From Candidatus Latescibacterota bacterium (GTDB taxonomy: Bacteria; Latescibacterota; UBA2968; UBA8231), in NCBI GenBank assembly GCA_965248265.1, contig CBDFJF010000001.1:512001-576000 (forward strand): a stretch of DNA of 64,000 nt, in the 5' to 3' direction. This document shows positions 40,245 to 49,855 of the stretch, one piece after another (positions within the stretch are counted from its first letter, which is position 1; every line of letters begins with the position of its first letter). Made by a program: the position numbers and the translations under genes. The notes under the pieces are model-generated. The model saw only the letters and a program-made list of their open reading frames with translations. It had not been told where the DNA came from and ran no database searches.

Positions 40245-40295
40245 CACCTCGCCGCGGGGCCACGGTAGCCGTCGCCACCTGCACACGAATCGAAT

Positions 40296-40958
40296 ATGTG
40301 GCGCTTTCTAATCGTATCGGCCATCGGAGCCCTCGGCATTCTGGTAGGCCAGGCTGTCCTGGGTTTAGGTCTTTATCCCGGCGCACTGGCTCCTGTCGCA
40401 GCGCTGTTCCAGGGAGCCGTCCTTCTCATCGCGGGTACGGCCCTCTTCGTTTCCGGCATGCTCGGCCTCGCCCAGGGCTACGAGCAGGTCGCCAGCACCC
40501 TGCAACACCTTCTCAATACTAAAGACACCACAGAAGATCCTCCAGCCGTTGCCGATAGTGAGCAGCTCGGCCATCGCAACGATGGTTTCTGGCGCGCTTA
40601 CCAGAGATCGGCCGTTGGCATCTGCCTGTTCGTCGGCGGCCTCCTTGCCCTTGTGATCGGACTGGATCGGTACAGCTTCAATCTGTATGTCACCGCAGTC
40701 GGTTCCGGTGTCGGCATCCTGGGATTAGTGGCGTTCGCCTTTCTCGTTCAAGGCTGGAGAGGGATGAGACGCACCCACAGTGACGTTCTGCAGTCTTCGG
40801 CCGCACTGGGAAAATTGCCCGATATCAGTACCGAGAAGGAGCCCGGGCCACGCTCAAGGCCCAAATTTGCCCGTAGGTACACCCTTTTCGAGAAAAACCG
40901 CGGGCATGGGAGCTCCGATTTTCAGCAGCAGCGCCGCAACCGTGCGTCTGGCCTTTGA
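40296..40958 (+). CDS. Hypothetical 4-TM membrane protein
   Basis: Two hydrophobic hairpins. Confidence 0.7.
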   Translation: MWRFLIVSAIGALGILVGQAVLGLGLYPGALAPVAALFQGAVLLIAGTALFVSGMLGLAQGYEQVASTLQHLLNTKDTTEDPPAVADSEQLGHRNDGFWRAYQRSAVGICLFVGGLLALVIGLDRYSFNLYVTAVGSGVGILGLVAFAFLVQGWRGMRRTHSDVLQSSAALGKLPDISTEKEPGPRSRPKFARRYTLFEKNRGHGSSDFQQQRRNRASGL

Positions 40959-40999
40959 TCGTACGTCCACCCCTCTTTCCTCCCATTTACAGCCCTTAG

Positions 41000-41160
41000 G
41001 CAGAAATTTCTGCAGCATTGGGAAAGACTTTCCCGTATCATTAGTGCAGAAGCATGTCGACGGCGCTTCATGTTCCTAAACATAAATTAATTATTTACTG
41101 TAACTTAGGATCGTTATAGTACCTTTTTTCCCGTCGGGATGAAAAAAGGTACCGTTTTGC
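41000..41160 (+). promoter_or_regulatory. Putative sigma54 enhancer/promoter region
   Basis: Palindromes GCAGAAATTTCTGC and GGGAAAGACTTTCCC, AT-rich tract, AAGGTACCGTTTTGC (GG-N9-GC, one base short). Confidence 0.45.
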
Positions 41161-41276
41161 GAAGGTGCTGGCGACATCGGTCTGTTCAGCACCTGGCAGA
41201 CATGGTTTCAGAGCTTAGGCAACTCAGAGCAGCTCGGGCCCACCTTCTCGAGCGAAACAAGGACACATACAGGTCA

Positions 41277-41651
41277 ATGACTGATCTCCGTCAGCTGGTT
41301 GAAGGGACTGAGTCGGAGCGATCCGACGGCTTGTGGGACGACCTAGACAATGCATGTGAGGCCGCCTTCGGGATCTCTCAGCATCTGAGTGATCACCTCG
41401 AGAAGGAGGCCTCTGCCGACGAATGTGTGCCCCTGCTCCAGCGCCAGTTGGATCTGGCAGAGAGAATTCGCCAGGGTATCGGCCGCCTGCGGGTCCAGCG
41501 CGACTCCGGACGCCCTTGGGCGTCTGATGGCGCCCGGACACAGCAACTTGTCGGTCGACTCAAAGAGCTGCTCGATCTCGAGCAACAAAACTACGACCTG
41601 CTCACCCGGCACGGCATGCGGCTCAAGGGGCCCATGGGCCGTCTCGGATAG
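41277..41651 (+). CDS. Small helical protein, FlgN/FliT-like (start uncertain)
   Basis: All-helical, LKELLDLEQQN; precedes the FleSR-like pair. Confidence 0.5.
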   Translation: MTDLRQLVEGTESERSDGLWDDLDNACEAAFGISQHLSDHLEKEASADECVPLLQRQLDLAERIRQGIGRLRVQRDSGRPWASDGARTQQLVGRLKELLDLEQQNYDLLTRHGMRLKGPMGRLG

Positions 41652-41662
41652 GCCACACAGAC

Positions 41663-42922
41663 ATGGAATCCACTGATCTTCCTGAGCATACGCTGGAACT
41701 CGACCATTCCGAGGGACAGCTGGAGGAGGCCTTCGCTCACTCCTACATGCTGTTCAACGAGACCACCCGCAAATACGTGGAGGCGTACAAACAACTCGAG
41801 GAACAATTCGAGTACCTCAACGTCAAGCTGGAAGAGACCAACATCGAGCTGCGTAAGAGCCTGGAGGAGAAGGATCGAGTCAGCAACTATCTGAACAATA
41901 TCCTGACCAGCATGACCGGAGGAGTGCTGGTTCTCGATCTGGACGGCAACATCACCCTGTTCAATCAGTCGGCCGAAGAAATCGCCGGCCGCGCACAAGA
42001 GGACGTGTTGGGCCAGTCCTACGAAAGCATCATGGGCCTCGAGGCGGGGCGAGAGAAAACGGCCCTGCACACACTCGAAACCGGGCAGGGATTGGCCAAC
42101 AAGGAGAAGGAACTCAAGCGCGGCAACAGCACGATTCCGATCGGCTTCAGCACGTCATTGGTGCGCGATAAGGACGGGCGCGTCCTTGGTGCCATAGAGG
42201 CCTTCAATGACCTCACGGAGGTGAAACGCCTCGAGGCACAGGTCAGACGAATGCACACCTTGGCAGCTCTCGGAGAAATGGCGGCCACGGTGGCCCACGA
42301 GATCCGCAATCCACTCGGTGGCATCGCCAGCTTCGCCAACCTGCTCGAAAGAGACCTCGCAGCCGATGACCCGAGTCGCCGGCTGGTGCGCAAGATCACG
42401 GAAGGGGTGGCGCGTCTGAATCGCATCGTCTCCAGCCTGCTGAGTTACACTCGCCCACTGAATCTGAACACCCACTCCATCGATGTCTCCGAAGTAGTCG
42501 AGGAGGCTGCCGCCTTCTTCGAAATCGACACGGAGCGCACGGCAGGCAAAATCGCCATCGTCAGACACTTCCCGGATGAACCATTGGTGTGCCACGTGGA
42601 CACGGAACAATTCCAGCAGGTGATCTTGAACCTGCTGCTGAATGCGACACAGGCCATGCCCGAGGGCGGCGATATAGAGGTCGAGGTCTACCCGATTAGC
42701 CATGCGGACGGCGGAGCGACGCTGTGTGTCCGCGACCACGGAGTTGGCATCAAGGAGGAGTATCAGGAGAAACTGTTCACACCATTTTTCACCACCAAGG
42801 AGGATGGTACGGGCTTGGGGCTCGTGACCTCCAGAAAAATCGTTGAAGCCCATGGAGGGCAGATTCGAGTCACCAGTAAACCAGGTGAAGGCACGAGCTT
42901 CTTCATCGACTTACCCAGTTAA
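41663..42922 (+). CDS. PAS sensor histidine kinase (FleS/FlrB-like)
   Basis: PAS, AHEIRNPL, NLLLNA, FFTTK..GTGLGL; no TM. Confidence 0.92.
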   Translation: MESTDLPEHTLELDHSEGQLEEAFAHSYMLFNETTRKYVEAYKQLEEQFEYLNVKLEETNIELRKSLEEKDRVSNYLNNILTSMTGGVLVLDLDGNITLFNQSAEEIAGRAQEDVLGQSYESIMGLEAGREKTALHTLETGQGLANKEKELKRGNSTIPIGFSTSLVRDKDGRVLGAIEAFNDLTEVKRLEAQVRRMHTLAALGEMAATVAHEIRNPLGGIASFANLLERDLAADDPSRRLVRKITEGVARLNRIVSSLLSYTRPLNLNTHSIDVSEVVEEAAAFFEIDTERTAGKIAIVRHFPDEPLVCHVDTEQFQQVILNLLLNATQAMPEGGDIEVEVYPISHADGGATLCVRDHGVGIKEEYQEKLFTPFFTTKEDGTGLGLVTSRKIVEAHGGQIRVTSKPGEGTSFFIDLPS

Positions 42923-42949
42923 CGCGACAACCAAACAAGGAAGATTATC

Positions 42950-44380
42950 ATGGCTGCATCGAAGCGCATTCTCGTCGTGGACGACGACGCCTATGTCCGG
43001 GGTGCCACAGAAGAAATCCTGCTGCGGAGAGGGTATGAAGTCGATACCGCCTCCGAGGCGAAATCCGCACTGCAGAAGCTGGAAGAGGGTGATTACGATC
43101 TGCTGTTGTCCGATATCAAGATGCCGGGCATGAGTGGACTGGAACTGCTCAACCAGGTCAAGGCGAAGTGGCCGGACATGCATGTCATCCTGATGACGGC
43201 ATACGGCACAGTCGAGGATGCCGTGGATGCGATGAAGATGGGTGCCTACGACTACATCCAGAAGGGTTCGGAATCGACGACAACCGAAACCGAGATCGTC
43301 GTGGAGCGAGCACTGAAGTTCCAGGACACGGAGCGCGAGAACCGCCGCTTGCGATCGGAGTTGCAGACCAAATACAGCTTCAGCAACATGATCGGCAAGA
43401 GCCCCAATATGGAGCAGGTATTCGACTTGATCTCGACGGTGGCCGACAGCCGGGCTACGGTCCTCGTCACGGGAGAGAGCGGCACGGGCAAGGAACTCGT
43501 GGCGCGCGCCCTTCACTACAACAGTTCCCGCAGGAACGGTCCCTTCATACGACTCAACTGCGCCGCCCTCCCCAAAGACTTGATGGAGAGCGAGCTTTTT
43601 GGACATGAGAAAGGTGCCTTCACTGGAGCCATCAAGCAGACCCGAGGACGCTTTGAGATGGCGGATGGCGGAACCCTGCTGCTGGATGAGATAAGCGAGA
43701 TCGACCCTTCCCTGCAGGCGAAGCTGTTGCGAGTATTGCAGGAAAGAGAATTCGAGCGCATCGGTAGCACCCAGACGATCAAGATCGACGTGCGAATAAT
43801 CGCCACCACCAATCGCGACCTGAACAAGGAAGTCGAAGAAGGACACTTCCGCGAGGATCTGTTCTACCGCTTGAACGTCATCGACATCGCCCTGCCGGCC
43901 CTACGTGAACGTCGAGAGGATGTTACTGCACTAGTCAAGAGCTTCATCGACCGCTACAACTCCGAGAACAACAAGGACGTCGTTGGCATCGACGATGAGG
44001 CGCTGGAGTTGCTGACGCAATACGATTGGCCGGGCAATGTCCGCGAGCTCGAAAACTACATTGAGCGCGCGGTCGTCGCCGGCGGAACCACGCTCGGACC
44101 GCAGGACTTCCCCACCAGGCTCTCTGCAGGACCGATGGGCCGGGAACGGGACGAGGGGCTCCAGGTCGGCATGAGCGTCCATGAGATGGAGAAACGGCTG
44201 ATCATGAAGACGCTGGAATACTACCATGGCAACCGCACGGAGGCTGCCGGCCAGCTCGGCATCAGCACCCGGACATTGAGAAACAAGCTGCACGAGTACG
44301 GCGCCATGGATGCCTTCAAGGAGAGCGGAATGGGCGGGGTGGAGGCAGACCAGCCACATCCGGATCCGGCCATGGCATAG
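42950..44380 (+). CDS. Sigma54-dependent response regulator (FleR/FlrC/AtoC-like)
   Basis: REC domain, GESGTGKE, GAFTGA, HTH LGISTRTLRNKL. Confidence 0.95.
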   Translation: MAASKRILVVDDDAYVRGATEEILLRRGYEVDTASEAKSALQKLEEGDYDLLLSDIKMPGMSGLELLNQVKAKWPDMHVILMTAYGTVEDAVDAMKMGAYDYIQKGSESTTTETEIVVERALKFQDTERENRRLRSELQTKYSFSNMIGKSPNMEQVFDLISTVADSRATVLVTGESGTGKELVARALHYNSSRRNGPFIRLNCAALPKDLMESELFGHEKGAFTGAIKQTRGRFEMADGGTLLLDEISEIDPSLQAKLLRVLQEREFERIGSTQTIKIDVRIIATTNRDLNKEVEEGHFREDLFYRLNVIDIALPALRERREDVTALVKSFIDRYNSENNKDVVGIDDEALELLTQYDWPGNVRELENYIERAVVAGGTTLGPQDFPTRLSAGPMGRERDEGLQVGMSVHEMEKRLIMKTLEYYHGNRTEAAGQLGISTRTLRNKLHEYGAMDAFKESGMGGVEADQPHPDPAMA

Positions 44381-44542
44381 CTGCACCGCCATTCATAGCC
44401 GTCGCAGAGGCGGCGCTGATCTACCGAGGGCCGTTGCCACGAGGCAATGGCCCTCTGCTAGTTGATTTCTATTGCTCCGACAACTAATTTATCACGTCGC
44501 ACAAGATCATCGTCTGCCCACACATAGCAGCAGGAGGCGTCG

Positions 44543-46129
44543 TTGCCCGAAGAGACAGCGAACGCACCGGGCAACCCCCTGATCGTAATGGGGGACAAAA
44601 TCGCCCCCAAGCCCCACCTGACCGCCTTTCTGAAGGATCTGCGCACTGAAAATGCGATGCTCGATCCCGAGGAATCGATCATGTATGCCGTGTGTCAGGA
44701 CAGCAATCAAGTCGCCCTGACCCTGAAGAGGCATCTCGACAACGTCAAAATGGTCTTGATCGGGCCCGGCCTCGTCGGTAACGGCGTGACCGTGGCGCGC
44801 ATGCTGGGAAGCAAGGCGCATATCGTCATGGTCGTGGATCCGAGCGTCAATCCCTTGGGGCCCGATCCGGAGACCTACACCAAAATCCAGCACAATCTGG
44901 AGGAACTGGGCGTCATCATCGTCCTGGCAAAGGACGCCACTGACAGCTTCTACCAGCCCCTGATTCAGCAATACGTGCTCTCCGGGATGGCAGCCGGTGC
45001 TGATTTCGGTGAAATGAGCCCGGAAGAGCGCGCCGCCATGATCGACAAGCGACTGGAGGCGGTTAACTCGTTCCCCTCGCTGCCGGACACCCAGCGCAAA
45101 GTCGCCGAACTCGATGACCTGGACCCACCCAAGAAATGGGCCGAGGCCATAGATCCGGATCTGCCGACCAAGACCGTCATCTTGAAGATTCTCAACAGCG
45201 CCCGCTACGGATTCCGCTCCCGCGTCGAAACCATAGACCAGGCCGTGGCCCTGGCCAGCGCCCGGACGATCCGCGAAATCGTCACCGCCTGTCAGATCCG
45301 GCAGATCTTCTCGAAGACGGAAGAGACCACCATCGACCAGTTCTGGCGCCATTCCCTGGCCGTCGGCTTCCTGGCCAAGCTGCTTTCGCTGCCAGCGGAT
45401 CCCGCTGAGCAGGACTCCCAGCAAAAAACAGAATTCGAGCGTTACCAACTCGAAGAAGACCAGGTCGCGGCCCTGCAGGAAGCCCAACTGTGGAAGAAAC
45501 TGAGTCTGGAACCCAATGACGATGCCTTCACCGCCGGACTGCTGCACGACATCGGTAAGGTATCGATGCAGATGTGTCTGGAAGATTCACTCGAGCTCAT
45601 CATGGCCGTGATCGAGTCTGAAGTGCAGGAGGCCCAGGGGGAGAGCAAGCTGTGGGCGAACCGTGTCATCGACATTGAGCGCCTTTTGATGAAGGATCTC
45701 GATCATCAGGTGATTGGCGGACGTATCGCCGAGAAGTGGGAGGTGGACGATTCCATGCAGGCGGTGGTGACCCGTCTCCACGACCTCCAGGAGCACTCAC
45801 CTGACATCGTCAAAGTCGTCGCCTTCGCCAACGTCGCTGCCAATTGCCTTTTCCCCTACCCGGCAACGGAGACCCAGCACCCCTTCCCTCAGCTCTTCGC
45901 GCGCATCGACGCGGCGGTCAAAAAATCGACCAAGAACGGGGCTGAAGCCGTCGAGGAAGCGATAAATGAAGAGATATTCGAAGACCTCGTCGACGTGCTC
46001 AACCGCTTGAAAATCCCTTCTTTTCTCTGGGAACTCATCGACTTCCGAACTTTTTTCAAGCTCGCCCATATCCTTTCTCCGAAAATCAAAGCAGCCACCA
46101 TAGGATTCCTGCAGCAGACGGGCGGCTGA
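44543..46129 (+). CDS. HDOD-domain signalling protein
   Basis: FPSLP, ILKILNSARYG, FWRHSLAVG, AGLLHDIGK, HQVIGGRIAEKW. Confidence 0.85.
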   Translation: MPEETANAPGNPLIVMGDKIAPKPHLTAFLKDLRTENAMLDPEESIMYAVCQDSNQVALTLKRHLDNVKMVLIGPGLVGNGVTVARMLGSKAHIVMVVDPSVNPLGPDPETYTKIQHNLEELGVIIVLAKDATDSFYQPLIQQYVLSGMAAGADFGEMSPEERAAMIDKRLEAVNSFPSLPDTQRKVAELDDLDPPKKWAEAIDPDLPTKTVILKILNSARYGFRSRVETIDQAVALASARTIREIVTACQIRQIFSKTEETTIDQFWRHSLAVGFLAKLLSLPADPAEQDSQQKTEFERYQLEEDQVAALQEAQLWKKLSLEPNDDAFTAGLLHDIGKVSMQMCLEDSLELIMAVIESEVQEAQGESKLWANRVIDIERLLMKDLDHQVIGGRIAEKWEVDDSMQAVVTRLHDLQEHSPDIVKVVAFANVAANCLFPYPATETQHPFPQLFARIDAAVKKSTKNGAEAVEEAINEEIFEDLVDVLNRLKIPSFLWELIDFRTFFKLAHILSPKIKAATIGFLQQTGG

Positions 46130-46302
46130 GCCGGCGGATCTAGAGCCGGTGGCTTCTGCCGACGCCGCCTGTTGTCGGCCGGAATAATCCACCATCGGAG
46201 CGGAATACCCACCCACTCCTGGTGGGTATTTTGGCGAGCACAGCCTGGAATCCCGGTGTCTCTATTCTATAGCAATCATTACCCACCAACACGGAGACAA
46301 CC

Positions 46303-47070
46303 ATGTTGATGGAAGGCAAGACCGGCTTCATCGCCGGCGTGGCAAATCATCGCAGTATCGCCTGGTCGATCGCGCGAGCACTCGACCGGGAGGGTGCGAA
46401 ACTGGCACTGGGATATCTGAGTGACCGGGAAAAACAGGGTATCGAGAAGATCGTCGGCCAGTTGTCGAATCCACCCTTGCTGATTCAGTGCGATGCCAGT
46501 AATGACGAATCCGTTCACCGCGCCTTCGACCAGGTCTCGAATGCGTTTGAGCGCATCGACAGCCTCGTCCACGCCATCGCCTTCGCCAAAAAGGAAGACC
46601 TGGACGGACGCTACGTCGATACTTCTAGAGAGGGCTTCCATCTTGCGCTCGATGTCAGTTCGTTCTCCCTCAACTGCCTGGTGCGGGCAGCCGAGCCGTT
46701 GATGAGCGAGGGGGGCGGGGTGGTCGCCCTCACCTACCTTGGCAGCGAGCGCGCCGTGCCGAAGTACAACGTCATGGGAGTGGCCAAGGCGGCGCTGGAA
46801 TCTGCCGTGCGCTACCTTGCCAGCGAACTGGGAGAAAAAGGAATCCGCGTAAACGGACTCTCTGCCGGCCCCATCAAGACCCTGGCCGCGAGAGGCATCA
46901 AGGACTTCACCACGATGCTCCATCTACACGCCGAGCGCGCGCCTCTGCGTCGAAACGTGGACGTCGAAGAGGTCGCCGACACGGCATTGTTTCTGTGCAG
47001 TTCACTCAGTCGAGGCATCACCGGCGAAATTCTCTTCGTCGATGGGGGCTATCGAATCATGGGAATGTGA
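46303..47070 (+). CDS. fabI: Enoyl-ACP reductase
   Basis: GVANHRSIAW, YNVMGVAKAALE, AGPIKTLAA. Confidence 0.96.
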   Translation: MLMEGKTGFIAGVANHRSIAWSIARALDREGAKLALGYLSDREKQGIEKIVGQLSNPPLLIQCDASNDESVHRAFDQVSNAFERIDSLVHAIAFAKKEDLDGRYVDTSREGFHLALDVSSFSLNCLVRAAEPLMSEGGGVVALTYLGSERAVPKYNVMGVAKAALESAVRYLASELGEKGIRVNGLSAGPIKTLAARGIKDFTTMLHLHAERAPLRRNVDVEEVADTALFLCSSLSRGITGEILFVDGGYRIMGM

Positions 47071-47766
47071 TGTCGCAGAGCATGGCGAGGGCAGTTGTAA
47101 CCGGTTCAGAACCCGCAGGCTGAACTCACCTTCGCGTCCTCCAGCCTTTCTGATGGCTTGCAGGTGGACTTTGAGAAAGGCCGCTTCAGCTGGCGAATCT
47201 ACGTCGTACCAAGGAGGCAGAAGGCCGAGTGAATGGTCGTGGACCTTGCTCAGCGTCTGCTCCAACACGTGACCGGTGCTCCAGTCAACCTCGCGGAAGA
47301 CGCGAGCGTCTGGAGAACTCTGGCCCAGCAGGTAATACCCTCCGTCCACACTCGGCCCCAGGACCAGAGGATGAGCACCCAGAAGCGAGAACGCTTCGTC
47401 CACGATCGAGCTCGGGAGAGACGGACTGTCAGAGCCAACGACGACGACCTGCTCGACCCCCTCGTCAAAGCGATCCCTGAACAGCGCCTCCATGCGCTGC
47501 CCAAGATCAGCGTCGGGTTGAGGCACGTATTCGAACTCTGTAGCCGTTGTTCCTGTCAGCAGATCGCGGACCGCTGCGAGGCCTGAAGCTGGAGTGTAAG
47601 CGATTACCTTCCGGTGGGCGTTGGTTTTGGCGAGAGTAGCAGCCGAATCCGCGACGAAGGCTCTATACAGCTCGGCGGCCTCCGTGGGGCTGAGGTGGGT
47701 GTGCAACCGTGTCTTTACGGACCCCGGAATCGGCTCCTTGACAAACATCATTGCACAGGTCGTCAT
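47002..47766 (-). CDS. DUF2064/TIGR04282 glycosyltransferase-like protein
   Basis: FVKEPIPGSVKTRL, DLGQRM, GSDSP, LGPSVDGGYYL, WYDVD. Confidence 0.88.
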   Translation of the reverse strand: MTTCAMMFVKEPIPGSVKTRLHTHLSPTEAAELYRAFVADSAATLAKTNAHRKVIAYTPASGLAAVRDLLTGTTATEFEYVPQPDADLGQRMEALFRDRFDEGVEQVVVVGSDSPSLPSSIVDEAFSLLGAHPLVLGPSVDGGYYLLGQSSPDARVFREVDWSTGHVLEQTLSKVHDHSLGLLPPWYDVDSPAEAAFLKVHLQAIRKAGGREGEFSLRVLNRLQLPSPCSATSHSHDSIAPIDEENFAGDASTE

Positions 47767-47928
47767 CGTGGTCAGAAGCTCGCGTCATCGATGGCTGCCA
47801 GCAAGCTTCTTGGGTGCGCAGGAATGCGAGGGCCGATGGCGATTGCACAGCGGCCTGTTCAAGATTGTGCGTAGCGGAGGATGACGAAGAAGGACAGGAT
47901 CGAGTATTCGGCCGGAGGGGGGAGCCGA

Positions 47929-49401
47929 TCAGAAGGCGTTCTTGCGGTAACGCTGCGAATTGATGCCCAATTGATCGCGGTACTTGGCAACGGTGCGACG
48001 CGCAATTTGCAGTCCGTCCTTACCCAGAATGTCGGCGATTTCCTGATCCGAGAGCGGTTTGTCTTTGTCCTCGCCGTCAATCAACACGGAAATCTGCTCC
48101 TTGACGCTGCGCGCTGAGACATCTTCACCGTTGTCTCGCTGCACCTTGGAATCGAAGAAATACTTGAGTTCGAACACTCCGTGTGGCGTCTGCATGTACT
48201 TGCCGTTGCTGACCCGCGATATCGTGGAAACGTGCATTTCCACGGCGTCCGCGACGTCCTGAAGGACCATCGGCCTCAGATGGGCAGGGCCCTTCTCAAA
48301 CCAGTCCATCTGGGCACGGACGATGTAGTTGGCCACCTTCAGCATGGTCGCACGGCGCTGATTGATCGCATTGATGAGCCAGCGGGCATCACCCAGTTTC
48401 TTGGACACGTAGGTGCGAATTTCATCCTTGCTACGAGCACCATCCCGCAAAAGCTTGGCGTAGGCGCTATTGACCCGAACGGATGGCAGGGTGCCGTCGG
48501 TCAGACTGACGATCCAATCCTCCCCCGCTTTTTCGACAATCAGATCCGGAGTGACGTAAGAGACATCGGTGTCGAGGGTCAGCAACCCGGAGTAATCGCT
48601 GGTGCTCGTGATGCCGGGATTCGGCTGCAGCTTCTCGATCAACTCGACGGCGGCTTTTAGATCATCATTGGTGATCGCCAACCCCTTGATGATGCGCGAG
48701 TAGCGCCGTTTCGTCAGGTCGTCCCAGTGGTAACGGATAACCCGCAACGCGACATCTCGTCCCGGCTCATCCCGGAACGCCAGCTGTATGGACAAGCACT
48801 CCTGTAGATCGCGGGCGCCAACGCCGGGAGGATCAAACCCCTGGATCACCTTCAGGTTGCGCTCGATGTCCTCCAGCGGCACCCCCAGGGCTTCGGACAC
48901 CTCTTCTGACGAGCAGGTGAGGTAACCTCGATCGTCGATGTTACCGATGATGAATCCAGCAATTTCCACGTCTTTGCCCGCCAAATCACTCAGAGTAAGC
49001 TGCTCGTACAGTTGCTCCACGAGCGGCGGCATCGTGGTGATCCGATTCTCTTGGGGTTCCCTGTCCTGCTCCCAGTTCGGATCGTACTCGCTGTTTTCAT
49101 TGTTATAGGAGCTGGAATCAAATTGGTCGTCTAGCAGAGCATCCCAGTCGACTTCGTCCATGCTCTCGGGCACCTCAGCCTCTTCGTCGAGGGAATCGGT
49201 CGGTGCCTCTTCCTCAGTCTGCTGCTCCTCCTCACCGTCCTCGACCACATCGAGATTTTCCTCAAGCAGCGGATTGATCTCCATCTGCTGCTTGATCTCC
49301 AACTCGAGTTCGAGAGTCGACATCTGCAACAGCTGCAGCGATTGGATGAGCTGAGGAGCCATCCGCTGCTGCATGCTGAGGTTTTGTGAAAGTCTGAGCA
49401 T
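47929..49401 (-). CDS. rpoN: RNA polymerase sigma-54 factor
   Basis: PQLIQSLQLLQM, HVSTISR, RpoN box ARRTVAKYR. Confidence 0.98.
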   Translation of the reverse strand: MLRLSQNLSMQQRMAPQLIQSLQLLQMSTLELELEIKQQMEINPLLEENLDVVEDGEEEQQTEEEAPTDSLDEEAEVPESMDEVDWDALLDDQFDSSSYNNENSEYDPNWEQDREPQENRITTMPPLVEQLYEQLTLSDLAGKDVEIAGFIIGNIDDRGYLTCSSEEVSEALGVPLEDIERNLKVIQGFDPPGVGARDLQECLSIQLAFRDEPGRDVALRVIRYHWDDLTKRRYSRIIKGLAITNDDLKAAVELIEKLQPNPGITSTSDYSGLLTLDTDVSYVTPDLIVEKAGEDWIVSLTDGTLPSVRVNSAYAKLLRDGARSKDEIRTYVSKKLGDARWLINAINQRRATMLKVANYIVRAQMDWFEKGPAHLRPMVLQDVADAVEMHVSTISRVSNGKYMQTPHGVFELKYFFDSKVQRDNGEDVSARSVKEQISVLIDGEDKDKPLSDQEIADILGKDGLQIARRTVAKYRDQLGINSQRYRKNAF

Positions 49402-49504
49402 CTCTTCAGTATTTTATTAACTTGTTTATTAACAACAGGTTATAATAATATGCAACCTGCTGATCGCCGAAGCAGTATTCATGCTGCGGTAACCACCTTT
49501 CCGT

Positions 49505-49521
49505 AAGGTACATCATTTGCT
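49505..49521 (+). promoter_or_regulatory. Sigma54 -24/-12 site facing away from rpoN
   Basis: AAGGTACATCATTTGCT (GG-N10-GC); IHF-like TAACTTGTTTATT at 49418-49430. Confidence 0.6.
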
Positions 49522-49528
49522 TCCCGAC

Positions 49529-49825
49529 GCGCAAGGTGGAGCGGTGGGCATAGAGGGCGGGGTGCAGGGAGGGTTGGCGGGTGCGCGTCGACGAGCGCAA
49601 GGTGGAGCGGTGGGCATAGAGGGCCGGGTGAAGGGAGGGCGGCTGGGTGCGCATCGACGAGCGCAAGGTGGATGGGTGGGCATAGAAGGCGGCGTGCAGG
49701 GAGGGTTGACGGGTGCGCGTCGTCCAGCGCAAGGCCATCGGGTCCTACCAAAAGAGCCATGCCAGGGTGCATACAATTGACGCGCGTCGACAAGCGCAAG
49801 GCAATCGGGGTCCTACAACAAGAAC
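49529..49825 (+). repeat. G-rich tandem array with 66-67 bp period
   Basis: GCGCAAGG recurs at 49529, 49595, 49661, 49727 and 49794; three near-identical units plus two of a second type. Confidence 0.9.
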
Positions 49826-49855
49826 GAGGTCAGGGGTACCTAAAATTGACCCCCG

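Noticed and set aside
42911-43846. Long antisense ORFs (this one and those opposite arc, dapA, HDOD and smc)
   Set aside because: Shadow frames typical of high-GC coding DNA opposite well-supported genes
44457-44483. Sigma28 promoter before the HDOD gene
   Set aside because: GCTA-N15-TCCGACAA deviates in both boxes; too weak to call
49406-49799. Repeat-derived ORFs on both strands
   Set aside because: Open frames follow from the 66-bp period and high GC; no convincing RBS or protein features
49529-49825. CRISPR array
   Set aside because: The intervening sequences are near-copies of each other rather than unique spacers, and there are no cas genes
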